Shown in pieces: positions 27,680-39,420 of a stretch of DNA of 64,000 bases (its first letter is position 1; each line of letters begins with the position of its first letter). Source of the DNA: the human T2T-CHM13v2.0 reference genome, Homo sapiens. The notes under the pieces were generated by a model, which saw only the letters and a program-made list of their open reading frames with translations, was not told the origin of the DNA and made no database searches. The translations under genes and the position numbers were made by a program. The stretch lies in NCBI RefSeq assembly GCF_009914755.1, contig NC_060927.1; one strand, given 5' to 3'.

Positions 27680-28300
27680 CAGTAGAGCAGAGGGGTAAGT
27701 GTGAAAGCCCTTGGAGTCAAGTCAGCTGGGTTAAAAACCATTGTTTTATCATTTACTAACCATGTGATTTTGGCTGTGAAATCTAGGCCATGTTAGTTAA
27801 TTTCTCTGTCTCAGTTATGTTAGTAGTAAATTGGTGATCACAGTACATCTAACTCAGAAAACCATTCATTTATTCTTTGAACACATGTTATGAACTATTT
27901 AATACCAGGTATTGGGGATATAGAATTAAAAAAAAGGGGCAATAACACTTGTCCTCACGAAGCTCACACTCTACTGGGTAATTGCTAACCAACACTTATT
28001 TGACGCATAGAATGTCAGGCATTGTTCTAAATGCAATATTCATATATAATACATCAATATTCATATATATATAATATATGTCTATTATTAAATACACACA
28101 CACTACGTATATACATGCACTCTCACTTAAACTTGACAACCACAACCACTTCATGGGACAGATAATAAAAACTGATATTTCTATTACTTTAAGCATATTA
28201 CCTGTAGGCATTAAGTAACTTGCTCAAGATCCCACAGGATTAGAAGAAAATATGTAAAGTGCTCAGAGAATTGCCTGTTACAAAGAAAGAGACAGATATA
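27680..28300. mobile_element. MIR and L2 fragments
   Basis: TTAATTTCTCTGTCTCAGTT (MIR), CATTCATTTATTC...GCTCACACTCTA (L2), TTAAGTAACTTGCTCAAGATCCCACAG (MIR). Confidence 0.6.
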
Positions 28301-30280
28301 TAGATAAATTCATTTTTGCTTAATATTGTTATGTATTTTTCCTTCAAAAATGTGAAAGTATTCAAACAACACAGAAATATGTGAAGTAAAAAAAAGAGTC
28401 ATTTCTACTGTTAAGTGTTTGGCTTTTAACTTATATGACATAATATCAAATAAACATTATAATATTTGTAATATCCTCCCTACCATTAAGAGTTTGGCTT
28501 ATAATTTATTTGATGGACTTCTCTTCCTTGGTCATATGTGAAATTAAGTCCCAGAATTTAATAAGCCAAAAATCTAATTACAATCAGTATTCATCTAGGA
28601 AATATCAAGTAATATCTGATATCAAAGAAAATCACCAGTAGGAAAGAAATAGCTTGTAGAAGGAGCAGTATAAGGGGATAAGCAATTTCATAATTTGCAT
28701 TTTTTCATTCACCTTCTCATAAGGATGATACTATGAAATATCTCTTTTCTCTGTAGTACAGAAAAGAAAGCTTTTCTTTTGCCTAATTAGATTGACTACC
28801 AATGAATTGTGAACTTTAAATATAAGTAGTTATTTAGTTAACAACATACTTCAGGGCATATGCTCATTTTTATGTATGAGAAGTCACAATCATAACTCTC
28901 ATGGAACCAAGAGAAGAATTATTCTCTCCATCTTTTACACATTTTATACCAAAATTGCCTGAGAACCTAGCTCTAATTTTTACTTTCTTTCTTCCATTTT
29001 CATTCAGCCCAACTAAAAGGCAATAAATTTCATTTTACATAAATTAGTGTTTTGCTATTGTAATTAACAAGAAAATACTCTTGGTAACATGATTAACTAA
29101 TAAAAATCCCCTCAAATTTTTAAAACACTAATAGTCTTTCTCTGCTTTTTAAATAAGTAAATGCTTATTGAAGAACCATAAACCAAATGAAAATGTAATC
29201 TTTCAAGGTGAGATAATACTTAATAGGTACCATATAGGCCTAAACAGAACTGTGTGCAAATGTGAACTATTATATTCCAGATGTTACCTAGTAAAAGAGA
29301 GGGTACTATTGTGGGAAAAATATGGTGTGTGCATAAAAAGCGATGTTCAAAGCAATCAGGACAGAGATAGAATTCAAGAGCTTCTATTAGTATTTTTTAG
29401 TCTAATAAATGGAAAGACATAAGGCTTTACTAATATTTAATATGTTAATAACATTAAAAAAGAGCTAAAAATAATCCCTGTGAATAAATTTGCATTGAAG
29501 ATAAGCAGAAGTAAAGATAAAATAGAGAAAACAATGTTTCCCCTATTCCAATGTCCTCTTCATCAACCACATTAAGAGGTAGAACAATTACCCCATCACA
29601 TCTGTCATGAAGCTCCTTTAAAAATGAAGCTATAAAGATTATTTGAAGTGTGGATTCACATCTACATCATTAATAATGAAACTCACCCTAGATGTGTCTT
29701 GTGCCTTGAAATATTAGTAATTCTTGAGATATTAGCAAGACATCTTGTCCCTAGGTAGATATAGTGTATAATGTATGTATAACATGTGCACACACACAGA
29801 CACACACACATGCACTAGGAATACTTTTCCACATTTTTTTTTCCTGCACAATCAAAAAAATTTGGAGAACATTCATCTTGTGAGGACAATAGCCATTCTG
29901 CCTTTTTATTGAAGGATGAATTTATCAGAAGGAAGGTACCATATACACCAGAGGTTGGAGGTGCATCTTCTTTGAGCCAAATCATTCACAGAAATATTTT
30001 AAAGCAGCATACACAGTATTTTTTTTTTTTACTTAGTTGCTTACATTTAAAACTCTTGGGATTTTTGCATTTTAAAAATACGGATTTTTTTTCTCTTGCA
30101 AAGTCCTGCCAATAATATGCATGCTTTTCTGCATGGGAACCATCTTCAGAGAGCATTCTTTGAAGTTCTCTACAGTTTCCATTACTCCCTATAGTATTAT
30201 ACCCTACTTGTTTTACTCATTTACGTTGCTGTTTGCTTTGGAGTCTGTGAACTCCCCTTTTGAATGCAGAGGAGACCCTG

Positions 30281-30733
30281 TGTGAAAGTTTAGATGTTTG
30301 TCTCTTGTAAACCTCTTGTTGAAATTTGACCTTCAAGGTTAGAGATAGAGCCTAATGGGAGGTGTTTGGGTCATGAGGGTGGATGCCTCTTGCATAGACT
30401 ATTACTCTCCCTGAGGGTGGGCAAGGAGTGAGTGAGTTTTTGCTCTATTAGTTCCTGAGTAATCTGATTGTTAAAAGGAGTCTGGCATCTCCATTCCCCC
30501 TGCACCTTTGCCCCACTGTCTCTTACTTCTTCTGTCAACATGTGATCTCTGCACATGTTGGCTCCTCTTTACCTTCCACCATAGTGGAAGCATCTTGAGG
30601 CCTTCACCAAAAGCAGGTGCTGATGCCATGCTTCCTGTACAACCTGCAGAACTGTGAGCCAAGTAAACCTCTTTCCTTTATAAATTATCCAGTCTCAGGT
30701 ATTCCTCTGTAGTAACACAAATGAACTAAAACA
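30281..30733 (+). mobile_element. MSTB-type MaLR solo LTR
   Basis: TG...CA ends with perfect 5-bp TSD CCCTG (30276-30280 and 30734-30738); GCCTAATGGGAGGTGTTTGGGTCATG; CCTGCAGAACTGTGAGCCAA. Confidence 0.92.
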
Positions 30734-30775
30734 CCCTGGAAGAGGATAGAGCCATCAGAAAGTAGAAGTCTGATA

Positions 30776-31133
30776 CAAATGTGGTATCCCTTATCCAAAA
30801 TGCTTGGGAACAAAAGTGTTTTGGATTTTGGATTTGTTTGGATTTTGGAATATTTGCCTATACATAATGAGATATCCTGGGAATGGGACCAAGCCTAAAC
30901 ATTAAATTTATGTATGTTATATATACACCCTATATATATAGTCTGAGCATAATTTCATACAACATCTTAAATAATTGTGTGCATGAAACAAAGGTTTGTC
31001 TGTGACCTGTCACATGAGGTCAGGTGTAGAATTTTCCATTTTAAATGTCATGGCATCAGGTAGGTGCTCTAAAAGTTTTGGAGTTTGGAGCATTTTGAAT
31101 TTTGGATTTTTGGGTTAGAAATGCCCAAACCAT
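30776..31133. mobile_element. Tigger4/Zombi (MER46)-derived MITE
   Basis: GTATCCCTTATCCAAAATGCTTGGGA..AAAGTGTTTTGGATTTTGG...CTGTCACATGAGGTCAGGTGT. Confidence 0.85.
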
Positions 31134-32000
31134 ACCTAAATTACCATGTAGAAAGCTTTCTGTATTTCTGCTGTGATAAGCTAGAAAGATTTGGGCAGCT
31201 CTTCTTGTTGCAGCAATAAGCAGCAGCACAGTGACAACTACATGCTAATATTTCTGAAATTCCTATGTCATGTTCTGATGAATTTAGAAAGCACTGTTAT
31301 GTTTACAGATAAATGTCACAGAAAAATAATTAAACAAAATTGCATCTGCAGATACAGTTTGTTCACGTTAAAAAAAAACTAGATAAGGAAAAAATTATTT
31401 GTTGTCAAATTAGTTACTTTTTATTTTTAGAAAATAAAACTAAACAATATCAGTGAGGTGTTTATGAATCATTAACAAAGTGGAAAATTAAATCATGGCT
31501 CTGCATCTCTGTTACATTAAAGAGTTAAAGACTTTTAAAAATAAAATAAAACACACTTAAGGTCATGTGTAAAATTCTGAAACTCATGAAATTTCTATAA
31601 CTGGGTTAACAAAATTATTTTATCTCTTTCTACTCCCAGATTTTTGTCCTCTTTTATTTTTAGTGTCTGTAGATGCAACACCTTAACAAACATGGAAGAT
31701 AAAGTACATAATGGTTCTTTGTAGATGAAATAAATTAAAAACATGTATTTGCCAGGGGATAGGCTTTAGAAAAACCCCAGGTAGCAGATTATTGTCAAAG
31801 ACGCTTTATTTCAATATAAAATGTGACAGTAAAAAAGAAATTAGTCCAACCCTGCTCAACTTGAAAGGGGAATAAATATGTCAGAATGAAGCTGTCCCAG
31901 CATGTGTGCTGTGTCTTTAGTGGGAGAAATAGACTCAATCTTATGTATGGGAAATGTGTGTATCGATTGTTTTTACCTGGCAAGAAGTGTATGTACCTGG

Positions 32001-32033
32001 GTGTGCATGTGTGTGTGTGTGTGTGTGTGTGTG
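32001..32033. repeat. (TG)n microsatellite
   Basis: Visible run of GT repeats. Confidence 0.95.
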
Positions 32034-33667
32034 TCTTGGGAGTGAGTATAAGGAAGGGTGTGAGGTTAGTTTGCATATGTAGAGGCCAGAATAGAGTTGA
32101 TCAGTCATAGAAACTGGACAAACTGAAGGAAAATGTCAGGTGAGAAGGAGAAGGGAATTGGAGTGGGGCATTAAGGCAGAAACTCTGGAAGGGACTTGCT
32201 GGTCATCTTCAGTCATACAATTGCTTACTAGGGGAGAATTATCTGGAATCTGAGGCAACACTGAACCAAGATCAGATGGACAGAGGGTCAAACTGCAGAA
32301 TGAGCCCTGCTCTAAATCAGCACTGTGACATCTTTAACTTTGCTCACAGCCTCTCCAACTCACTGATTTTTACTTGCTTCTTTGAAGCACCATGGGATTT
32401 CCCAACCCTCACAAGAAAGAGGTGATTGCCTGCTCTAATATACCTTAGGTCCCAACAAGGAAATATTCATAGGAGCACTGTATTAAGAAAAAGTCATACT
32501 AGATCACTTACAGAGCTTCTTTTGTCTTTTTTGAGCATGAAATTATAATTTTAAAAAAATTCAGTATCTGTAGGATTTGGATTTGGAGTAGTTCCATCAA
32601 TTGCAGTGGGTTTCCCACTGATTGAACTCAACCTCAGGTAATCTCCAACACTCCTTTGTACTCAGAAAGTTCTATATATTTCTTACAATTTTTTTTTTTT
32701 TTAGGAGATGAACTAAGTAACTTCAGGATATTTCTTGCAGCATACAAATTTAACGAGTCTTAAAGTAAATGACTTTTTAGGAGGGTATTAAAGTTTCCAA
32801 AACTTTACTATTTTTTATTCATACCTTTTTATTTATTAATTTGTTCACTAATTTAGCAGATAGTTGTTGAACAAATGCATTACTCTGAGTACTGGGAGTT
32901 CTAAGATGAGAGGATGTAATATCTAACCCCCAAGAATCCACAAGATTAACAAGCAGAACACAGATTTGCTAAGTACTTTGGAGGCATCTCAATTTAAATC
33001 ACTCAAGTCCTGTGAGTTAGGTTGTACAGAAAAAGCAGAAAAAATTAATTGACTTGAGATATTACTTGGATTTTAGTCTCCATAACATTTCTTAAAACAT
33101 TTCCTTTTAAACCAGCTTTCTCGGTTTATTGTTGTTTTGTCCTTATTGGTTAAAATAGAAATTTAAATACGTAGGATCTTGAAGGCATGTGAATTAACTT
33201 TATTTGCCATCAATCCAAACATTTGAAAGTATTTTCACCTGTTATTACTAATATGGAAGTGTTACCATGTTGAAAGGCCTACAGAAATATTTGAGTTGGA
33301 AAGATTGTCAAGTATGTCCTTAAAATAAGGTTTAAGAGTCACTTTTCCTTGCTAAAATGATAAGTTATTGACAAAAAGAGCACCTCAAACTATCTATGAT
33401 TCTAAAATCATTGTCTTTATTTACACCATTCCAAAATAACCTCTAAATGATGCTAATAAAGAGGTTTCGTGATCACATAGGAATTTTATGTAATATATTC
33501 AACTTGCTCTCAACATTTCCTGAAGGAAAATCTTCTAGAAATCTCTTTGTTGGCTCAGATATTTGAATATAATCTAGGAAAGAGTAATGAACGGTAATCA
33601 TGGCTACTAATGTACATTAGGACTAAGGGAAAAGAAGGAAAGATTGTATATGTTGTTTGAAAAATTT

Positions 33668-33942
33668 TAAGTGAAATAATTCAGAAACAGTAAGTTAAAT
33701 ACCGCATGTTCTTACTTATAAGTGGGAGCTAAATAATTTGTTCACATGGACATAGAGAGTGAAATAATAGACAGTGGAGACTTGGAAGGGTGTGAAGGTG
33801 GGTGGGGGGTTAGAGATGAGAAATTATTCAATGGTACACGCTGGGTGATGGTTACACTAAAAGCCTAGACTTCTCCATTATGCAATATACCCATGTGACA
33901 AAACTGCATTTGTACCTCCTAAATCTATAAAAATAAAAAAAT
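33668..33942 (+). mobile_element. L1MA/L1PB 3' end
   Basis: GCATGTTCTTACTTATAAGTGGGAGCTAAATAAT...TACACTAAAAGCCTAGACTTC...AATAAAAAAA. Confidence 0.85.
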
Positions 33943-34260
33943 ATATTAGGAGGCTGAGTCAGCTCTATTGCCTTGGGCTTACTTAGGAGGTAAGCAAATT
34001 AAAACTCAATTCAATGTAAATAGTAAAATAAAACAAGCTTAACCAATCAGAAATCACTAACTAAACTCGAACTAGATACTTTAACCAGTCAAATATTTTC
34101 TTTGTCTTGCTTCCTTAAACATGTTTAAAAAAAAACCCTTTCCTCCCACACTCCTTTAGGTGGAGCCCAACCGTTTGTGAGTCTGGCACTGCCCCAATTC
34201 ATTAATTTCTGCTGGAATAAATTCTTTAAACTTTTCATATGGCTATGTTTATCTTAAAAA
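33943..34260 (+). mobile_element. ERV1 LTR (MER93/MER57-like)
   Basis: GTAAGCAAATTAAAACTCAATTCAATGTAAATAGTAAAA...AAGCTTAACCAATCAGAAA, with CCAAT box and AATAAA. Confidence 0.6.
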
Positions 34261-34270
34261 TGCATATGCC

Positions 34271-34580
34271 GGCCAGGCACGGTGGATCACGACTGTAATC
34301 TCAGCACTTTGGGAGGCCGAGACGGGAGGATCAGTTGAGGTCTGGAGTTTAAGACCAGCCTGGCCAACATGGTGAAGTCTCATCTCTACTAAAAAAACAA
34401 AAAACAAAAACAAATAAAATACAAAAATTAGCAAGGCATGGTGATGCGCATCTGTAGTCCCAACTACTCAGGAGGCTGAGGCACAAGAATCACTTGAACC
34501 TGAGAGGTGGAGCCAAGTTCATTCCACCACATTCCAGCCTGGGTGACAGAATGAGACTCTGTCTTAAAAAAAAAAAAAAA
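34271..34580 (+). mobile_element. AluS (Sx/Sz-like)
   Basis: Full dimer with a small right-arm deletion; TSD AAAAAT(G/T)CATATGC. Confidence 0.93.
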
Positions 34581-35029
34581 TTCATATGCTGTGTATGTTT
34601 ATCTTAAAACAAAACATATTTAACATTCATTACAGTAATAAAGTCTAGATGCTTTCAGGAAGACTGCATTTGTATGTATTTTAGTAAATAGATGATCACA
34701 TATGACACTTTAAAATAGATTATATTTTCATTAAAATAACTGGATTTATGAGTCCACGCAACAGGGTATCACATAGTAATTTATATTAAAGGGAACAACA
34801 TATTGTTCAAATAATATTTATAGTTTTGGCCCAAAATTTATAGGTTTATTTTGTTCTTTAATTGGTTTTTAATTCAATAATGTCATAATATGAAGATAAA
34901 GAGAAATAAATGATTGGTTCCACGTATTTGTTCTAGTGATGCAATTTTTCTTAAAGAGAAGCTTAAGAAAGTTCTTGTCATAATGCAGAGAGACAAGAAC
35001 TTAGATCAGCAGACTGAATAGAAGGAAAG

Positions 35030-35220
35030 AAGTGGTAAAGCATAGTGGTTAGAGGCTGGGCTGTGGGGACACACCTTCTAAATTCAAATCCCAGCTGAGT
35101 TATTTTCTACCTGTGCAACTTTAAGCAAGAAACTACCTCTCAGTGAATCAGTTTTCTCATTTACATGTCATAGTACCCCATAGGTCTATTAGAAGATGAA
35201 ATGAGTTTCTTACTGTTCTT
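35030..35220 (+). mobile_element. MIR
   Basis: CATAGTGGTTAGAG...TTCAAATCCCAGCT...TCAGTTTTCTCATT. Confidence 0.7.
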
Positions 35221-36289
35221 ATTATTACTCCAGCTACTACCACCACCACCTTCATCATTGCTACTGCTGCTACTGCTGTAAGATAACTAAGAAAGAGTTG
35301 AATTTTTTAGAAGTCAACTAAGGCAGAAATTGTCACATGGATGTCATAATTCTAAAGTAATAGTGTACAGAGCCTAATGTAGTCAAAGATTTAGGAGTAG
35401 TGTAAACAAGTTAGGTGGTGAGCTATAGAAGAGGTTCATATTTGGATGTCTAGTTTATGGTCTGTCAGGCTCCTCTAGACCCAATGTTTCAGCTGTGGCT
35501 GCATGGTAAGTGTTTAACCAGGATGGGGAAAAATAGAAGTATTGAAGTCAGTATGTGGTCTGCATCCAATTCTTATCAAATGAGATTCTTAACCACAATA
35601 ACTTAGTTTTCTTGTCTTTAAGATGAAGGTGTTAGTAGAGGACTCTAAGGTCTGAGCTTTAGTATTCCGACTTCTTAGGAGGTACATGATTTGCTCATGT
35701 CTACACGGTTTGTGAGTCTTAAGAGTTAGAACTCAAACCAAGTGTGTAAAAACATTATAAATGTATTGAAATAATATTAATCTTCATTAACTTTAGTTTG
35801 GAGATGCCTTAGTACTCAAATAGAAACATAAAGTTAACAAAATCACAAACATCTGATAGTCATAAGGTGATTAAGAGTCTGAGTTTGGATTTATTCCTCA
35901 CTGTGCAGTATTTCAAATTGGGGCACTAGGTCCAAAAGATTGCCTTGACTTAAAAAGAGAAAACAGAGCACTGTTCTTGGCTGGGTTTAGTAAATAGCTT
36001 AAAAGAGACGAACAAAATGCCACTTCCTGAGATTTTCATCACTACGCTTTCAGCTCTCTGGGGTCTAAAAGGTACAGGGGAAGTTTTAGCAGACCTTCAC
36101 CATTAGTAAGTGGTATGCATGGTGATGGAAATTAGCTTGACATATCTCAGGGAACTTAGGGTTGACAGAGATAAGTTTTGGGTCTAGTCAAATTGAGGGA
36201 GGCTTCATATCAGTCATACCATTCTAAGTTGAACCTTAACAATTGAAAAAGTATTAAGTGAAAAAGTTACCTTTGGGTATATTTTATTA

Positions 36290-36630
36290 CTTTTTAAAAG
36301 TAATTGCTGCCTCTCCCACTCTGTTGACATGAGCCTAGACTTTGTGTCTTGCTTTGGTAAATGAAATGTGAGTAATGTGATGTGTTTCACCTTATAGAAG
36401 AAAATTTACAGGCTCTCGCCTGATTCCACCGCTGCTCTTTTCCCTCTGCCATAACAATAACATGTCACTGACAGAGATTGTTGCTATAGTGCGGGACCCC
36501 AAATAGAACAAATCAAGGTGGACAAGTAATAAAAATAAATATAAGCAAGATATAAACTTGTTGTTGAAAGTCATTGAGATTTGGGGACAGTTTGTTGTTA
36601 TAGGGTAAGCTAGGAGAGCCCATTTAATAC
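36290..36630 (+). mobile_element. Old MLT1 LTR
   Basis: GTGTCTTGCTTTGGTAAATGAAATGTGAG...ATAAACTTGTTGTTGAAAGTCATTGAGATTTGGGG. Confidence 0.65.
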
Positions 36631-37654
36631 ACTCTTCCTCCAGCAAAGATACTTCTATTTGGTTATATTTAGAGGTATTGTTCTTGGTAAAACAATCTTT
36701 TGGCGGGCAATCTCTGTGTCAATCTGAATTTACTATTAAATTTTTGCCCAAAATATCAATATGTTCTCAATAAGAACCATTTGCCTAATAGACATAATCA
36801 GAAATGATGCAATTTTTTTCCACTATAGCCCAAGTTAATTATAAATCGGAGTAATAGTTCATTTGGCATAGAATGGGCATGGAAATAGAAAGGCGTTTTT
36901 TTTTTTTCTTTCTGAAAAAAAGAAGCCTTCGTTGAAAGTTAAATGCAATGAAATTAATTTTGCAATTATTTATATTGATGCTTGGAATCAATGCTTGGAT
37001 TAATTGACATGTAGTTTCTGTTTCATCTTCCATGACTGTTTCATTACTTTTTGAAGAGGTAGACTGGCATTCCTCATGCCCTTTGAACACAAAGAGAAAA
37101 CATTTTCAGCATGATGAATGACAGCTGTAAATGAAATGGCTCAGCAAAAGTAAATCCAATTTACTTTCTTTGAAAGTACAAATAGTTTGAATAACCACAA
37201 AGTTTACAATTATGGTTGGCTAATCTTTGATTCTGTCTCACTCTTCTCATATAGCATCTTTTTTGAGTCTGGGGCATTATTCCAGAGAAACAATTCCAAA
37301 CAGTAATGAATTAGTTCTAAACAAGAAAAGTAATCAGAGCCTTTAGAAAAAATTAAGAGAAATTCAGGGCTGGAAAACATAAGTGGACAAAAAATTCACA
37401 AGAGCTTTTCAAGATAATAATATATTACCTTGATACCCATTGATGGTACTCATTTATAATATTTTGGAAGAAAGTTTATAAAAGCAATGTGCTGTTATGT
37501 CTATAGATTCAACCTCAAGGTTTGACCTTTTGATCTTTTTAGATCTGTTTTACAGAGGCTGATGAAACCCACTGCTCACTGAGAAAAAAAGAATAAAGTC
37601 ATAAATAATCTGGTTTATCACTGAAACTGCTTCTGATTTAAAGATAATAAGGTG

Positions 37655-38030
37655 ATATTAGTCAGGTTAGGGTAGCCTTATGCTGTAGTAAACAATTCAA
37701 AAATTACTACTTCTTATTCATACAACTATCCCATTCAGATCAGCAGGGACTTCTGTTTAACCTAGTCACTCAGGGACACAGGTTGTTGAAGAATTTACCG
37801 TTTCTCCTGTAGAGACAGCATCTGGAACACAGGATTCCCAAATTTTTCAGATAGCACAGCCAGAGAGATGAAATGCTGGAGAGATTTTCACGAGAAGTTA
37901 AAATGTTTTGGTCTAGAAGAAATGCATGAAACAATTAGCCAAAACGATTGCATGGCCTTGATAAATTCAGAAAAGTGAGGAAATAAAATTATCCTCCTGT
38001 TGACCTAGAAGAAGAAAATGAGCTATAAAG
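37655..38030 (-). mobile_element. Old MLT1 LTR
   Basis: TATTAGTCAGGTTAGGGTAGCCTTATGCTGTAGTAAACAA...GTCACTCAGGGACACAGG. Confidence 0.55.
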
Positions 38031-39344
38031 CAGCTCTAGAGAGCTTGACTATAGAAGTGAGGAGACCAACCTTAAAAAACCTACTGACCTTGCAATGAAA
38101 AGGCATGATAACCAGACAAATACAATGAAATAATGTACCATTATTGTAAGTAGAATTTGGGAGAATCTATAAACCAGAATAGAATATTTGCCTTAGAGAA
38201 CTGTCTTTACAGCTGTGTCTTAAAAACCAGTCATTTATCCATTGTTTTGAAACTTATGTTTTGATTCTAAGGTATTTTAAATGTTGTTATTAAACTGGAA
38301 AACAGATCATGGCATTTTCAAAAAATCAGCAGCCTGTATCTGTAGTCAAGCTTTTTAAATAGAAAGAATTATAGTAACAAGAAAAGGAATACTTTTCCAA
38401 TATATGGGTATTGTCATTGGTAGGAATAAAATAAGAAGAAAATTGGTGGTAGAGAGATATTTATATTTACTGAATAAAAGACGGTAACTGAGGTTGAGAG
38501 AGATCAATTGCATCATGCTGGGTAATTTCTTCTTCTATTTCTGCTATGAAACCAGGCAAAAACAAAGAGAAGACTATTTGCGAAAACCACAAGATCTTTT
38601 AGTTTATCAAGAATGTCAGTGAAGTTGTATATGTCACTTAGAAACATAGTAGCAGAATGAGTTAGTTTAATTCATGCTTATGTGTAAAAATTAGATGATG
38701 GGCCTGGGCCTCAGTGAATTTTAAAATCTCCCTCAGGTGAGTTTAATGTGGAACCTTAGCAGTGAAACCATTGCTATAAGCAGATCAGAGATCATGTCTT
38801 GTTTTGTGCACCATTCTTTCTCCAGAGTGTAGCATAATCCTTAGCATATAGTAGGCATTCAATAGCCATCTGCAGAATAAAGGAATATAGATGGAATGAG
38901 TATATTTGAAAAAAATATAGAGCACTGTATAGATAGAAGCCAACAAAGGCTTAAAATGAGAAGTGTGTTTATAATATTAAATGAGTTAAATTAAATGATA
39001 GTCAACTGTCTTCAACATTGATTAGACAGTGTCACAGGAGACATGTCAATTAATTTTCTAGTGATGAATCTCATTACATAATTAAATGGAAGGTCATCTT
39101 CTCCCTCTTTCTGAGAATCATGATATAGCATGTATTGACACTCATGTAAGTATGATCCACTCTTTATTTAGATGCCTGAGGTTCCAGATAAGCTGAATCT
39201 GTTTTGAGAGAGCTATAATTAAACAACCCTTTATAAGGGTAATAAAATATAAAGACTACTATAATAACATGCTCAGAATTACTTTGGTTTAACTCACACA
39301 ATTTCTTTCCACTTGTCAATTTTTTTATCTTTTCCTTTAAAAAA

Positions 39345-39420
39345 ATTAATTAATTTTAATTAACAAATAAAAATTGTATGTATTTATGGTGTTTATATGG
39401 CATTTTGAAATATGTATAAA
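39345..39420 (-). mobile_element. L1MA 3' end fragment
   Basis: TTAATTAACAAATAAAAATTGTATGTATTTATGGTGT...TTTTGAAATATGTAT. Confidence 0.7.
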
